Source: the human T2T-CHM13v2.0 reference genome, Homo sapiens
Direction: 5' to 3' (one strand)
Assembly: GCF_009914755.1 (NCBI RefSeq)
Contig: NC_060930.1
DNA: 64,000 nucleotides
Shown piece by piece: positions 13,540 through 24,705 of the stretch (its first letter is position 1; each line of letters starts with the position of its first letter). Below the pieces are notes generated by a model. It had not been told where the DNA came from. It searched no databases and worked only from the letters and a program-made list of their open reading frames with translations. Made by a program: the position numbers and the translations under genes.

Positions 13540-13910
13540 GCCCCTGCGTCCTGGTCCCTCCTCTCCGTCCTGCATCCATGTGGGGAGGCTTCACCCCTGC
13601 GCCCTGGTCCCTCCTCTCCGTCCTGCATCCCTGGGGGGAGGCTTCGCCCCTGCGCCCTGGTCCCTCCTCTCCGTCCTGCATCCCTGGGGGGAGGCTTCAC
13701 CTCTGCGCCCTGGTCCCTCTTCTCCGTCATGCATCCCTGGGGGGAGGCTTCACCCCTGCATCCTGGTGCCTATTCTCCTTCCCATCCGCGGGGGAGGTTT
13801 CACCACTGCAGTCCAGTCCCTCCCCTTCTGTGGAGAGAGACTTCACCCCTCCGCCCTGGTCCCTCTGCTTCTGTGGAGACAGTCTTCAGCCCTCTGCCCT
13901 GGTCCCTCCA
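13540..13910. repeat. 53-bp GC-rich minisatellite (~4 good + ~3 degenerate copies)
   Basis: GCCCTGGTCC recurs at 13601, 13654 and 13707. Confidence 0.92.
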
Positions 13911-14547
13911 CTTTGTCCTCACGCTGCCCAGAGGGCTCCTGTGCCTTTGAGCATCTGGCCAGACAGGACCCAGGGTGGAGAGCAAGGGCAGGAAGCAGAA
14001 TATGGCACATTTCATGATTTTAGTTTTCCCCTGTCCCGTCTAGTGGAAGTCTGCTGGATTTCACTGGCCACTGACGTCTCTTCTTGGCGTCTCTGGCTTC
14101 AGAGTTTTAACTGGACATTTTCTGCTCAGGAAAGAATTGGAGTTCTGTAAGCCAGGCGGAGGAGGGACTGTGGTTATGGGCAGGCCGCGGGCAACGCGAG
14201 CCACAGGTGCCAGTGGTTTAGGCTTAATGGTACATTTGACACCTAATGATTTTTATTCCAGCTTTTATACGAAGTAAATGCCTTATTTTTCTACTTACTT
14301 TCTCTGGACATCTGAATGCTTACTAAGTACTGACAAAGTTGATTCAAAGTTAATTCAATTCGTGTGCATTACATGGAAAAAAAAATTTATATATCTTGTT
14401 ATTAATGTTTAACTTCAGAAAAAAATATTTTGCTTCCTTATGTTAAAGTTGAAATCATGCTCAGTACAAAGATTGTGTCTTTGTTGCAAAAGCTGGAATT
14501 TTTATGGTCCCCAGCCTGCTCTTACATTGCCTTTCAATCTCCTGCAG

Positions 14548-14589
14548 CTACTGTGGTTGAGAGGAAAGGTGTCTTTTTATTGCTTCTAG
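14548..14589 (+). CDS. SMOC2: Candidate alternative SMOC2 C-terminal exon, LLWLRGKVSFYCF* (exon 14548-14612)
   Basis: CTTTCAATCTCCTGCAG acceptor, open in phase 0 after the 6201 donor, GAG|GTAAGG donor at 14612/14613. Confidence 0.55.
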   Translation, partial: LLWLRGKVSFYCF

Positions 14590-14819
14590 AGACGTTGAAA
14601 GTGTGACCTGAGGTAAGGCTCTGAATGTTTTAGTTCAAATGTACATATTCATGATTCTCTGAGTATTGTAATAGATGTAAGTTTTATTATTTAAAATATA
14701 TCAACTCACTTGCTTTTTCATCTTAGAAAATGGTCTTTTTCATTTGGTAAGTAATTTTATTAACTGAGCCCTGTTATAATAAAAGAAATGGATTTTTAAA
14801 AGTAAAATAAAATACGTAA

Positions 14820-14933
<114 letters not shown>

Positions 14934-15377
14934 TAAATGTGTTTTCAGATGGAGTGAGGAGGTTGACTTGGTAGTTAGATTGTTTTTTAATGTGAGAAGG
15001 AAATAGTGGTCAGTCCTGGCTTCTCCGAGCAGACAGGTGTGACCTGGAGCGTGCACGTGCCCAAGACTGGCTTCCCCCGACCTTGCATCTGAACAGCTTC
15101 TTCAGACCTTCCAGACGTTCCGACCCTGGGCTACACACTGAGCCCTTCATTAAATGCCTTCTCCAGTTTGGGAAAGAGGAAAAATGTAAAAGCAGAACGT
15201 GTTGATTCTGATACTCCAACCTGTAAGGAGAGGGAGCCCACGACTCTTGCCATTGTTTAATTTGGAATGAACTAGAAACCCTGCACCTCTGGGAGGAAAT
15301 CCTTCCTAAGCATGCACACGTATGTCACAAGGTCCTTAACGCACAGCCTACAACTTAAGCATTTTCTATCCCCACAG

Positions 15378-15500
15378 CACCTCATAATCATGTGAAAAAG
15401 ACACTCAAAAACTACCATTTGAATGGATGGATGAAAATAACCTCCGTATATTCTACGAAGATGTTTAATAATAAATAGGTTTCGTTATAAGAGAATGTGT
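15378..15500 (+). other. SMOC2: Candidate alternative terminal non-coding exon of SMOC2 with AATAAA at 15470-15475
   Basis: TTTTCTATCCCCACAG acceptor, AATAAA, downstream TGTGTGT/pyrimidine element; end approximate. Confidence 0.5.
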
Positions 15501-18500
15501 GTCACTTCGTCTCTTCCCTCACCCCCGAGACTTAGTGACAGTTATTTTTGACTTTTCCAACTATACTATTTGCCTAGAAAATGTGTCTATTAAATAGCGT
15601 ATTGAGAAATAAGTTGTATCCTGCCATTAATTACCATTATCAAGACACGTCCCAGGCAAGATAATAACAAAAACAACAACAGAAGATCATGGAAGCCTCA
15701 GCAAGGAAACTTTTCAAAGTCGCTAACCTCGTGGTCCAGCAGGGAGAGGTGGTGGGCGACTTACCGCTGTCAACCTCAGCTCTTAACTCACGGAAGATTA
15801 TGTTCTCACTGTCACAGATTCCCCACTCTGACCTCAGAAACAGTGTCCATGATTGTCAGCCACTTGGATTATTCCTTCACCCAGAGTTTGAGCAACAGCA
15901 CCTTTGTTTCATACCCCAAATCAACCATTCCTAGAACTCGCTGTTTTTGTTTGCTCCCTTGAGTCTTAGTTGTTTGCAGTGTGTTGGTGGAGCTGAGCTG
16001 TAATGCACGATTGATCCATAGGGACTGCTGAGAGTTTCTTTGCTTGAAGGTTTGATGTGAATAAACACATCACTGTCTTACCAGCTTTTTCTTCTTTTGA
16101 GAATACACATGCCAATATTTAGAAAGTATATTCTTCTAGATACCATAGGGTATATTTTTGACAAATATTAATTACTTGCATTAAATGAAGTCATAATGGA
16201 CACCATTTCAGAAATCTTGGATTCAACAAAGGATTGTCCAGACCTCACAGCTGACATCAAATGAAGATCTTCTTCACAATTAAATGAATATATTTTCTTC
16301 TTAATATGCTTATTTCCATTGTCTTTAATTATACCTGTTAGTTAATAAAAACTCTTCTTCTAAGATTTCTATTTTTCATATTCTGATGGTGACATGGAAG
16401 CGTCATCTGATACATTTGCATTGAGCATACTATTTTTCATGTTCTCTGGACTTTTGTGCCTGAAAAAAAAAAATGTAGAACTTATCTTTTTGTTAAATAC
16501 TAAACACCCACAAGTTTTACAAAGCTTGCTTTTTTGCAGAGTAAGGCATAAAGGCTGTGTTCTATCTTGTTGATGAAATGCAGATTGAAAATTAAAAGGA
16601 AAATCATTCACTTATGTACAACTTGGGTAGGAAGACCTTCTAGCAATCCCAGCTGGTTACCTTTCGGGTGCTGAAAAACCCTGGAGATTCATATAGTCTG
16701 GCAGTGAGCCCACAGTGTTCCTTTTTGATTATAAGTCAGATGTATTTCCAATCAATTACAGCGGGCTCCTTTTTGGAATTTTTCTCTTAGAAGTCAGATG
16801 CACATGTGCTCACAGCGAGGTGGACCCGGCCATAATACTTCTCTGGTCACTCTTGTAGTTCCTCCCAAGGACTGGCTGCCAGCGTTCCTGCATGTGCAAA
16901 GGACATGGGAGACACTCCTGGCCTTTCTTTCCCTTTGCACCCAATCAATCTTCTTCTCTGAGACATTTTCTCTATTTCTAGTACGTGACCAGCAAACACA
17001 AGGGCCCCGGCCCGGTGCACTGAGTGCTAATACATGAATACAGGAAGACATAATGCCAGTTTTAAAAAGATAGGAGAAGTTGTGCAGGTTTAAATTGATT
17101 TTGGGTGGGGGGTTGTTTAACCTCATGGCATGCTCTACTAGTCTGTGATCTTGGGCAAATTATTTAGGTTTTCTGAATTCCAATCTCTTGCCTGGAAACC
17201 GAGACCATGAATGCCTGTCTGAGGATTGCAGGGAACCCGGCTGAAATGGAAGTCTCGGTGTAGCTCTTGCTCCTCAATGCCTCTTCCCTCCCCCACCCCA
17301 GCCTCCCTGCAAGGAAGCCCCAGTGGGTCTGGCCCTGCCTTGGTCTCCCCCGTTTGCCAGCATCCATGCCTTCCTGGGCACGTGCTCACACTCCTGGCTA
17401 TTTCAGCATCTGGCTCACAGCTTCCCTCTCCACCCAATGCCTGTGTCATTCTTGGTTATTTCTGCAGTTTTTCATCTTATTTATGTGAACAGTTTTCCAC
17501 TCAGCTTCAGTCCCCCTCTCCCAAAGGCACCCCAAGACCTGGTGTCCCCACAGACAGCTCACCTCCAAGGACACCAATCTGTGCATCTCACCCCAAGCTC
17601 CTGCTCCTTCCAAATCAGCCGCCCTAAGAGATGACCCTTCAGTTTCACGATCACATAGACCGTGAGCAGTGAGCTGCCTTCCATGTGTCCACCATGCCAC
17701 CCGGACTTCCTCCCACTCGGGCTGCTGCCCGCAGCTTATCAGAAGTCCTCACTGGATCACGGTGTTCTCCATGAGCCCTGTTGGGCAAAGTCCAACACTG
17801 AGTTGAACCCCATACCCCTTCCTGCTGTTTTTGCACCTCTCCAGGTGAGCATTCTTGGAGAAACGGTAGAAAATTATGTCCATTCATGTCACTTGTAATT
17901 TGTAATCTCCACTTCAAGAGTCCGGTGGGGACCATCTGATGGGGCTGGAACACTCAGCTTTCACCCTCCTCTCGTTTTCTCCAAGATGACTTCACTCCTG
18001 ACTCTGGGTCCAGGCCTCTCCGACCCTACCTCACCCACTCCACACCTTTGGGGCTCCTCAGTCTTTCAGGCAGGATCACCCTCATTCCCCTAACCCCACA
18101 CATCTCCCAGGAGCTCCTTCTCCCTCCATTGTCTATGGAGAGGGTGAGGCTTCTCTTCTTCCTTTTGCAGCTTGGCTCAGACTCTGCCCCCTTCCCAGCA
18201 CCTGCCATTGTTGGCTTGAGGGTTCCGCCCTCCTGCGACCCTGGCCTCCTCCCCACCTCTTCATTTCGGTCATCTGCCCAGTCGCTCCAGTGTGTCCCTG
18301 CTGAAAGAAAAGCCTCTCCTAATATCCTCCTGTTTTTCAAACCATAAAACTGAAACCCTCCGAGTCCTGCCCGGAGGAAGCTCTCATAAGCCTGACAGTC
18401 TTGGGCTCAGATGCAGGGGAGGTAAAGTCAGTCTATGTGGTTTGGGTAGGGGCAGGAGGGAGGCACAGCATAGACTGAGAAGCAGCTCCTGCAGGCCCCA

Positions 18501-19333
18501 GAGCCAGTCTTGGAGCCAGAACCGGCTCCCCGAGGGTCATGATCACCTGGAGGGCAGCAGGCATTTTTCCTGGGTCCTTCCAGCAACGCTTTCCGGAGCT
18601 GGTGGCTTTCTGCCTCCCTGGGCTCCACATGAGACACAGAAAGGAACCCCAAGGAACTCCCTGCTCTTGGGCACCTCCTTTATTTACTGTTCTTGAGGAA
18701 GCTCCAATCAGACCTGACTGGGGTCGGTGAGTTTATTTTTACCATCTGTGTGGACGATCCAGATGGGCCCAGCTCCAGGCCTGAGGAAGAGCCTCCCTTA
18801 CAATCTATCCATACGTCTCATGGTTTCCAGTTCCAAAACATGGATCTTCCGTCATGTAACTCCTTCCAGCATGACTGACTGACCCGCTCCAGCACCGCAA
18901 GCCATCAGCATGGACTCAGCCATGACGGTGTCCCTCCCATGCCCAGGCCTGCTCGCCCACCATCCCTTCGCCACGCAGCTTCCTAACCCATCGAGTCCTG
19001 TTTACATTCCCCTCCTGAGCGAGGCTGTGTTTTCTCACCATTCTCTCCAGTTGGCCCTCCCTGGGTTCCAACTCAGGGAGACCATCCCCTCCCTGCAGGG
19101 CAAGGCATCTTCACATTGACTCATTGACTGCCTTGTCCTTGTTCTCTGTACCCTCCCCCGGTTCAGACAATGAAGACAGGCATTCCTCCTCCTGAGCTTG
19201 TGAGAGCTACCAGCTCTGAATGCATGGGTGGATGAGTTTGGATGCATGATGCTTGCTTGGTTGGTTGAACAGGTGCAGGTGTTCAGCATGGTGCCAAGGG
19301 CACCCCAAATGTTCAGCACGTGGGGCTTATGAG

Positions 19334-19798
19334 TGTCAAGAGTGTCCATGTGAAGAGACCACCAAACAGGCTTTGTGTGAGCAACAGGGCTGTTTATTCA
19401 CTTGGGTGCAAGTGGGCTGAGTCCAAAAAGAGGGTCAGAGAAGGGAGATAGGAGAGGGGCAGCTTTATAGGAGTGGGGTAGGCAGTGGAAAGTTACAGTT
19501 AAAGGTGGTTATCGTCAGCAGGGGAGGGTGTCACAAGGTGCATGGTGGAGAGATGACGGGACTCATTGTCCAGGAGAAGAATGTCACAGGGTCGATTGAC
19601 CAGTTGGGGCAGGGCAGGAACAAGTCATAATGGTGGAATGTTGTAAGGTGGGTTAATTAGTTAAGGCAGGAACTGGCTGTTTCACCTCTTTGTGTTTTTT
19701 CAGCTGCTCCAGACTTCTTGGCTCCTGCAGGCCATCTGGATGTATATGTGCAGGTCACAGGGGTTACAATGGCGGAGCTTCGGCTCAGAGGCCTAATA
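19334..19798 (-). mobile_element. HERV-H 3' LTR (LTR7 family, LTR7C-like)
   Basis: Reverse complement begins T(A)TTAGGCCTCTGAGCC...ACATCCAGATGGCCTGCAGGAGCCAAGAAG and ends CTCTTCACATGGACAC...ACA, which are LTR7 hallmarks. Confidence 0.9.
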
Positions 19799-21432
19799 TT
19801 CCTGTCTTTTTACTTATAAAATATAAAGTTATAAGAAAAGATAAAGAAAATATAAGTTTTTACTGGGGATTATCGGGGTAGGGGCGATGTTTCTCAGGAC
19901 TACTTCAGGCATGACCAGGGACTGCGTAGACACCTTAAAGAAAATTTTATAATGAGTTAGTCCAGTAAGTTTCAGGTCTAGGGTGCATTTTTATGTGGCT
20001 AAGAAGGTGCCAGTTAGCATATTTTTGAGCTTGGAATTGTCCTAATAGAATAAATTCTCTAAAAATAGCAATGAAGCGTAATAGCTTTAAGGTAGGTGAC
20101 AGTGAGTTTTTAGGCCAAGGTAGGAATAATGCTTTGCATACCAAGGCCTTGTGTCCCTATTTTCCATCATACGAATAGGACCCCCTGGCATCAAGCCAAG
20201 AGTCATTATATTACCTTTTTCCCAAAGGCGTGAGTGGCGTTTTGAATGGAGGAGTTCAGTAGTCCTGATTGCATATCCTATGCAAGAGAGATCATAAGTA
20301 AAATAATCTTTGTCTCCTGGTTTAAGCTCAGGCTGGCAAAGACAGAAATGTCCTAAGCCCTCTAACAACCAACAGCATACTTTATGTTGTCCTGGATGCT
20401 GGTCTGGTTGCCAAATATGGGGAAGGAAATGAGGGGCTGTTGGAGGCGAGCCAGAGGCTTATATCCTACATGGAAATGGTCATGAAGGGAAGAAAGAATA
20501 GACTGGGCTTGTGAGGCAGGAAGAATGAATTTTCCATGATCTAAGAACCACTTGCCCTAAGTTGGAAAAGACTGGTAGAGCAGGTTTTCAGAAGAGGAGT
20601 AGGTGGGGGGGATAGAGAAGAAAGAAAAATACTGGCCTTTTGGAGTGAGGGCTGGAATATTTGCGGGTGTGGAGGCATTTGCTATCGTTATTATTATTAT
20701 TTTTATTTTCTTTATTTATTTTTTTGCTGTCCTTTTGGCATAAGCGTTTCCTTTAGCAATAAGATCAGTTGGTTTCTGGGGTCCTTTGCAATGAATAACC
20801 CCAGCCTTGGCTGGCAGGAAAGCAGCCTTAAGGTGGGCCTCTAAAACTATTAGGGCGGCAGCAGCCACCGCACACAGACATGCGGGCCAGACTAAAACAG
20901 TGAGGTCAAGTTGTTTGGACAAAAAGGCTACAGGGTGTGGTCCTGGTCCTTGTGTAAGAATTCCAACCACACAGCCCTGCACTTCGACTCTGTAATAGAA
21001 AGGGTTGGGATGAATCAGGGAGAACTGTGTGGGAACAGTTTCTAGACCTGTTTTCAAGGAACAGAAAGAGGAGTGGGGAAAGGATTTAGGATCTATGGGG
21101 TCAGCTAGGTTTCCCTTTGTGAGTTTATATAATGGTTTTGTTAGGATGGCAAAACCAGGTATCCAAAGGCGAAAGTATCTAACCATGCCCAGGAAGGAAA
21201 GGAGTTGTTGTTTTGTAGAAGGGGTTGGGGTTTGAGAGATCAGCCAGACACGATTGGCAGAAAAGGGCGTCTTTAAGATCAAGAACAGAATAGTGAGTTG
21301 TGGAGGAAGGTATTGAGGACAAAAGAGTGTACGGGTTGGGCACCACAGGGTGGATAGGCAAAACAATTTGGTCGATAAGGTGCAGATCTTGAACTAACCT
21401 GTAAGACTTGTCCAGTTTTTGGGCAGGTAAAA
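19799..21432 (-). mobile_element. HERV-H internal remnant (pol and 3' region, heavily deleted; gag and 5' LTR absent)
   Basis: Contiguous with the LTR and contains retroviral pol motifs. Confidence 0.88.
20716..21366 (-). pseudogene. HERV-H pol pseudogene fragments (RT thumb/connection, RNase H end)
   Basis: LLSFLGMVRYFRLWIPGFAILTKPLYKLTKG, PVAFLSKQLD, VIHCKGPQK...KGNAYA; neighbouring frame has HPVVPNPYTLLS...YSVLDLKDA. No YxDD seen. Confidence 0.88.
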
Positions 21433-21560
21433 GGCAGAACTTGAATTATGTAAACGAAAAATAAAATGCTAAGCCCCCCCACCGACTGAATGAACCACTT
21501 CTTGGCCAATAGGATCCCAAAGAAACCTGACAAACTAGTTCAGGCTTTGATGGGAAGTGG

Positions 21561-22569
21561 GAGAAAATCTTCAAATCTATACATGCAACAAAGGACTGAT
21601 ATCCAAAATCTGCAAAGAACTCAAACAAATCAGAAAAACCAAGCAAAACAAAAAAACAAACAAACAATCCCATCAAAAATTGGGCTAAGGACATGAATAG
21701 ACAATTCTTAAAAGAAGATATGCAAATGGCTAACAAGCATAGGGAAAAATGCTTAACATCACTAATTATCAGGGAAATTCAAATCAAAACCACAATGAGA
21801 TAACCTCCTACTTCTGTAATAATGGCCATAATAAAAAAATCAAAAGATAATAAATATTGGCATGGATGTGGTGAGAAGGGAACACTTTTACACTGTTGGT
21901 GGAAATGTAAACTAGTACAACCACTATGGAAAACAGTGTGGAGATTCCTTAAAGAACTAAAAGTAGATCTACCGTTTGATCCAGCAGTCCCACTACTGGG
22001 CATCTACCCAGAGGAAAAGAAGTCATTATACGAAAAAGATACTTGCAGATTCATGTTTTCAGCAGCACAATTCGCAGTTGCAAAAATATGGAACTGGCCT
22101 AAATGCCCATCAATCAATGTGTGCATAAAGAAAATGTGGCATATATATATATACACACACACACACACCATGGAATACTACTCAGCCATGAATAGGAATA
22201 AAATAATGGCATTCATAGGAACCTGTATGGAATTGGAGACTTTTATTCTAAGTGAAGTAACTTGGGGATGGAAAACCAAACATCATATATTCTCACTCAT
22301 AAGTGGGAGCTAAGCTATGAGAACACAAAAGCATAAGAATGATACATTGGACTTTGGGGACTTGGAAGGAAGGGTGGGAATGGGGTAAGGGATAAAAGAC
22401 TACACATTGGGTAGAGTGTACACTGCTAGGGTGATGGGTGCACCAAAATCTCAGAACTCGCCACTAAAGAACTTATTCTTGTAACCTATTGAAATAAAAA
22501 AAAAAAAAAGCTATTGGAATAAAAAATAAGTTAGAAACCTATTGAAAGAAAAAATAAATTAAAAAAAAA
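21561..22569 (+). mobile_element. L1PB-type 5'-truncated LINE-1 (ORF2 C-terminus, 3'UTR, polyA)
   Basis: ORF 21822-22313 ([23 protein letters not shown]...) is the L1 ORF2 C-terminus; L1PB-style 3'UTR and A tail. Confidence 0.93.
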
Positions 22570-22620
22570 GAGATTAACTAAGAGTGTATCATCTTTTAAA
22601 GGTCTAAATAGGAAACTATT

Positions 22621-22927
22621 GGGTTTTTTTGTTTTTTTTTTAAGCCAGAGCATCACTCACTGTGTTGCCCAGGCTGGAGTGCAGTGGTATGATCTTGGCT
22701 TGCTGCAACCTCTGCCTCCAGGATTCAAGCAATTCTTGTGCCTCAGTCTCCCAAGTAGCTAGGATTACAGGTATGTGCCATTATGCCTGGCTAATTTCTG
22801 TATTTTTGGTAGAGATGGGGTTTCACCGTGTTGGCCAGGCTGGTCTCAAACTCCTGATCTCAAGTGATTCACTCACCTCGGCCTCCCAAAATGCTGGGAT
22901 TACAGGCATGAACCACCATGCCTGGCC
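22621..22927 (-). mobile_element. AluS inserted in the MER4 LTR
   Basis: Antisense Alu with T tail. Confidence 0.93.
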
Positions 22928-23219
22928 AGAAACATTTGTCCTCTATTGTCTCTAAGGACATGACCTATGAGACTTCTTCTACATAATAAGAACCTTGGTC
23001 TCCACAACCCCTTCTCTGAACACAGACACTCCTCCCTATGGATTCTGGAGTGTTAGGTAATAACTCAAGTCTTTCAACCAATTGCCAATCAGAAAATTTT
23101 TGTAATCTTTGAATCTACCTATGACCTAGTAGCCTCCCACCCTTGCTTCGAGTTGTCCTGCCTTTGGTATGGAACCAATACAGACATCACATGTATTGAT
23201 TGATGTCTTGTGTCTCCCT

Positions 23220-23376
23220 AAAATGTATAAAACCAAGCTGCCAACCTATAACCCAACCAGAATGTATAAAACCAAGCTGCAAACCTGTAACCCAACCAAA
23301 ATGTGTAAAACCAAGCGGCCAACCTATAACCCAACCAAAATGTATAAAACCAAGCTGCCAACCTCTAACCCAACCA
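23220..23376. repeat. 39-bp tandem repeat x4 inside the MER4 LTR
   Basis: AATGTATAAAACCAAGCTGCCAACCTATAACCCAACC-type unit at 23222, 23261, 23300 and 23339. Confidence 0.93.
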
Positions 23377-23964
23377 CTTTGGACACATGTTCTCAGGACC
23401 TCTTGAGACTGTCTCAAGCCAGGGCCACTCATATTTGGCTCGGAATAAACTTCTTTAAATATTAAACGGAGTTTGACTTGTTTTCATGGACAATTCAAAT
23501 CTAGTCTGTCTGATCAAGAAAAAAAAAAACCATGCTGTGCTAGGATCCCTGCTGGCTGGAATCGGGGAGCAGTAAGCCTATTAAGAAAGAGCCCTGCCTC
23601 TCCGGACACCCCAGTGGTGCAGCCCAGCAGGACTTAGCTTCCTCGGCCATGGCTGAGCTGCTGCAGGTGGGCTCAGTTTGCAAGGCCACCTGAGTCGCAA
23701 GGCCTCTGGGGAAACACAGCTTTTGTGGTGCTTCCTCAAAGTCCACTGTGGCTTATTGAACCTACAGGAAAGGGGGGTTGACAATCACTGGAGGGAGGAC
23801 GGATTCTGGAACAGAGTGTCTGCCAACCCCCAGAGTGCTCATAGGATCCATAATTTCCCAAAGAAGAAAGAAATCAAGAAACAAAAGGAGGGAGGAAGGG
23901 GCTAGAATGGAGATGAAAAGAGGAAGGGGAAGGGGCCAAAGAGAGGGGAAGATGTGGTGGGAGG

Positions 23965-24705
23965 TGAGGACTAAGCTCTGATTTTTTCTTGCCCAAATTC
24001 CCATCTAAGGGGTCTGGGGAGTCATGCCCTAGAAATAATAAATCCTCAATGGATGGGTTTTATTTAACCCTATATATTATGACTTATTTTCCAACCTGAC
24101 TCTGGCATAACATTATGAGACAAGGAAGAAAATCAAAATATTTTATGCCAAAACATGATTTTTTGCCATATTTTGAAATGGCCCTGCAAAGCTGTTCTTT
24201 GTGGGGGAAATTTGCATCTGTAGCGAATCTCTATTAACATACCTGGATCTTCTTCTTCCAGACCCTCCCAATCCTAAAGAGATTAACTAAGATCTGAATA
24301 GGAAACACTTGTAATCTATTGTCTTTAAGGGCAGCCACTATAAGACTCAAAAGAACTTTGGTCTCCACAATTTTTGTCTTAACCTGAACATTCCCTTTCT
24401 ATCAATCCCAGGTCTTTAGACAAACTCAACTAATTGTCAACCAGAACATGTTTACGTTCATCTGTAGTCTGGAAGCCCCCGCTTTGAATTGTCCTGCCTT
24501 TCTGGACCAAACCAATGTATTTCTCAAATGTATTTGATTGATGTCTCAGGCCTCTCTAAATTGCATAAAACCAAGCTGTGCCCAACTACCTTGGCACATG
24601 TTCTCAGGACCTCCTGAGGGGTGTGTCTCGGGCCATGGTCACTCATATTTGGCTCAGAATAAATCTCTTCCAATGTTTTATAGAGTTCAGTTCTTTTCAT
24701 CGACC
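23965..24705 (+). mobile_element. Second MER4-group solo LTR
   Basis: TGAGGACTAAGCTCTGATTTTT start; 3' half homologous to 22570-23492 (AAAACCAAGCTG...CATGTTCTCAGGACCTC...CATATTTGGCTC). Confidence 0.85.

Larger units (their letters stand above)
21449..23492 (+). mobile_element. MER4-group (ERV1) solo LTR, interrupted by an L1 and an Alu
   Basis: TGTAAACGAAAAATAAAATGCTAAGCCCCCC start, resumes at 22570 and 22928, ends ...TTTTCATGGACA. Confidence 0.8.

Noticed and set aside
20716-21366. 216-aa ORF as a functional or domesticated reverse transcriptase
   Set aside because: Deletion-fused, frameshifted HERV-H pol with no catalytic YxDD.
21822-22313. 163-aa ORF
   Set aside because: C-terminal remnant of L1 ORF2.
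21449-24705. Two MER4 LTRs as the ends of one provirus
   Set aside because: Their 5' ends differ (different subfamilies), and the ~470-bp spacer shows no recognisable retroviral coding sequence.
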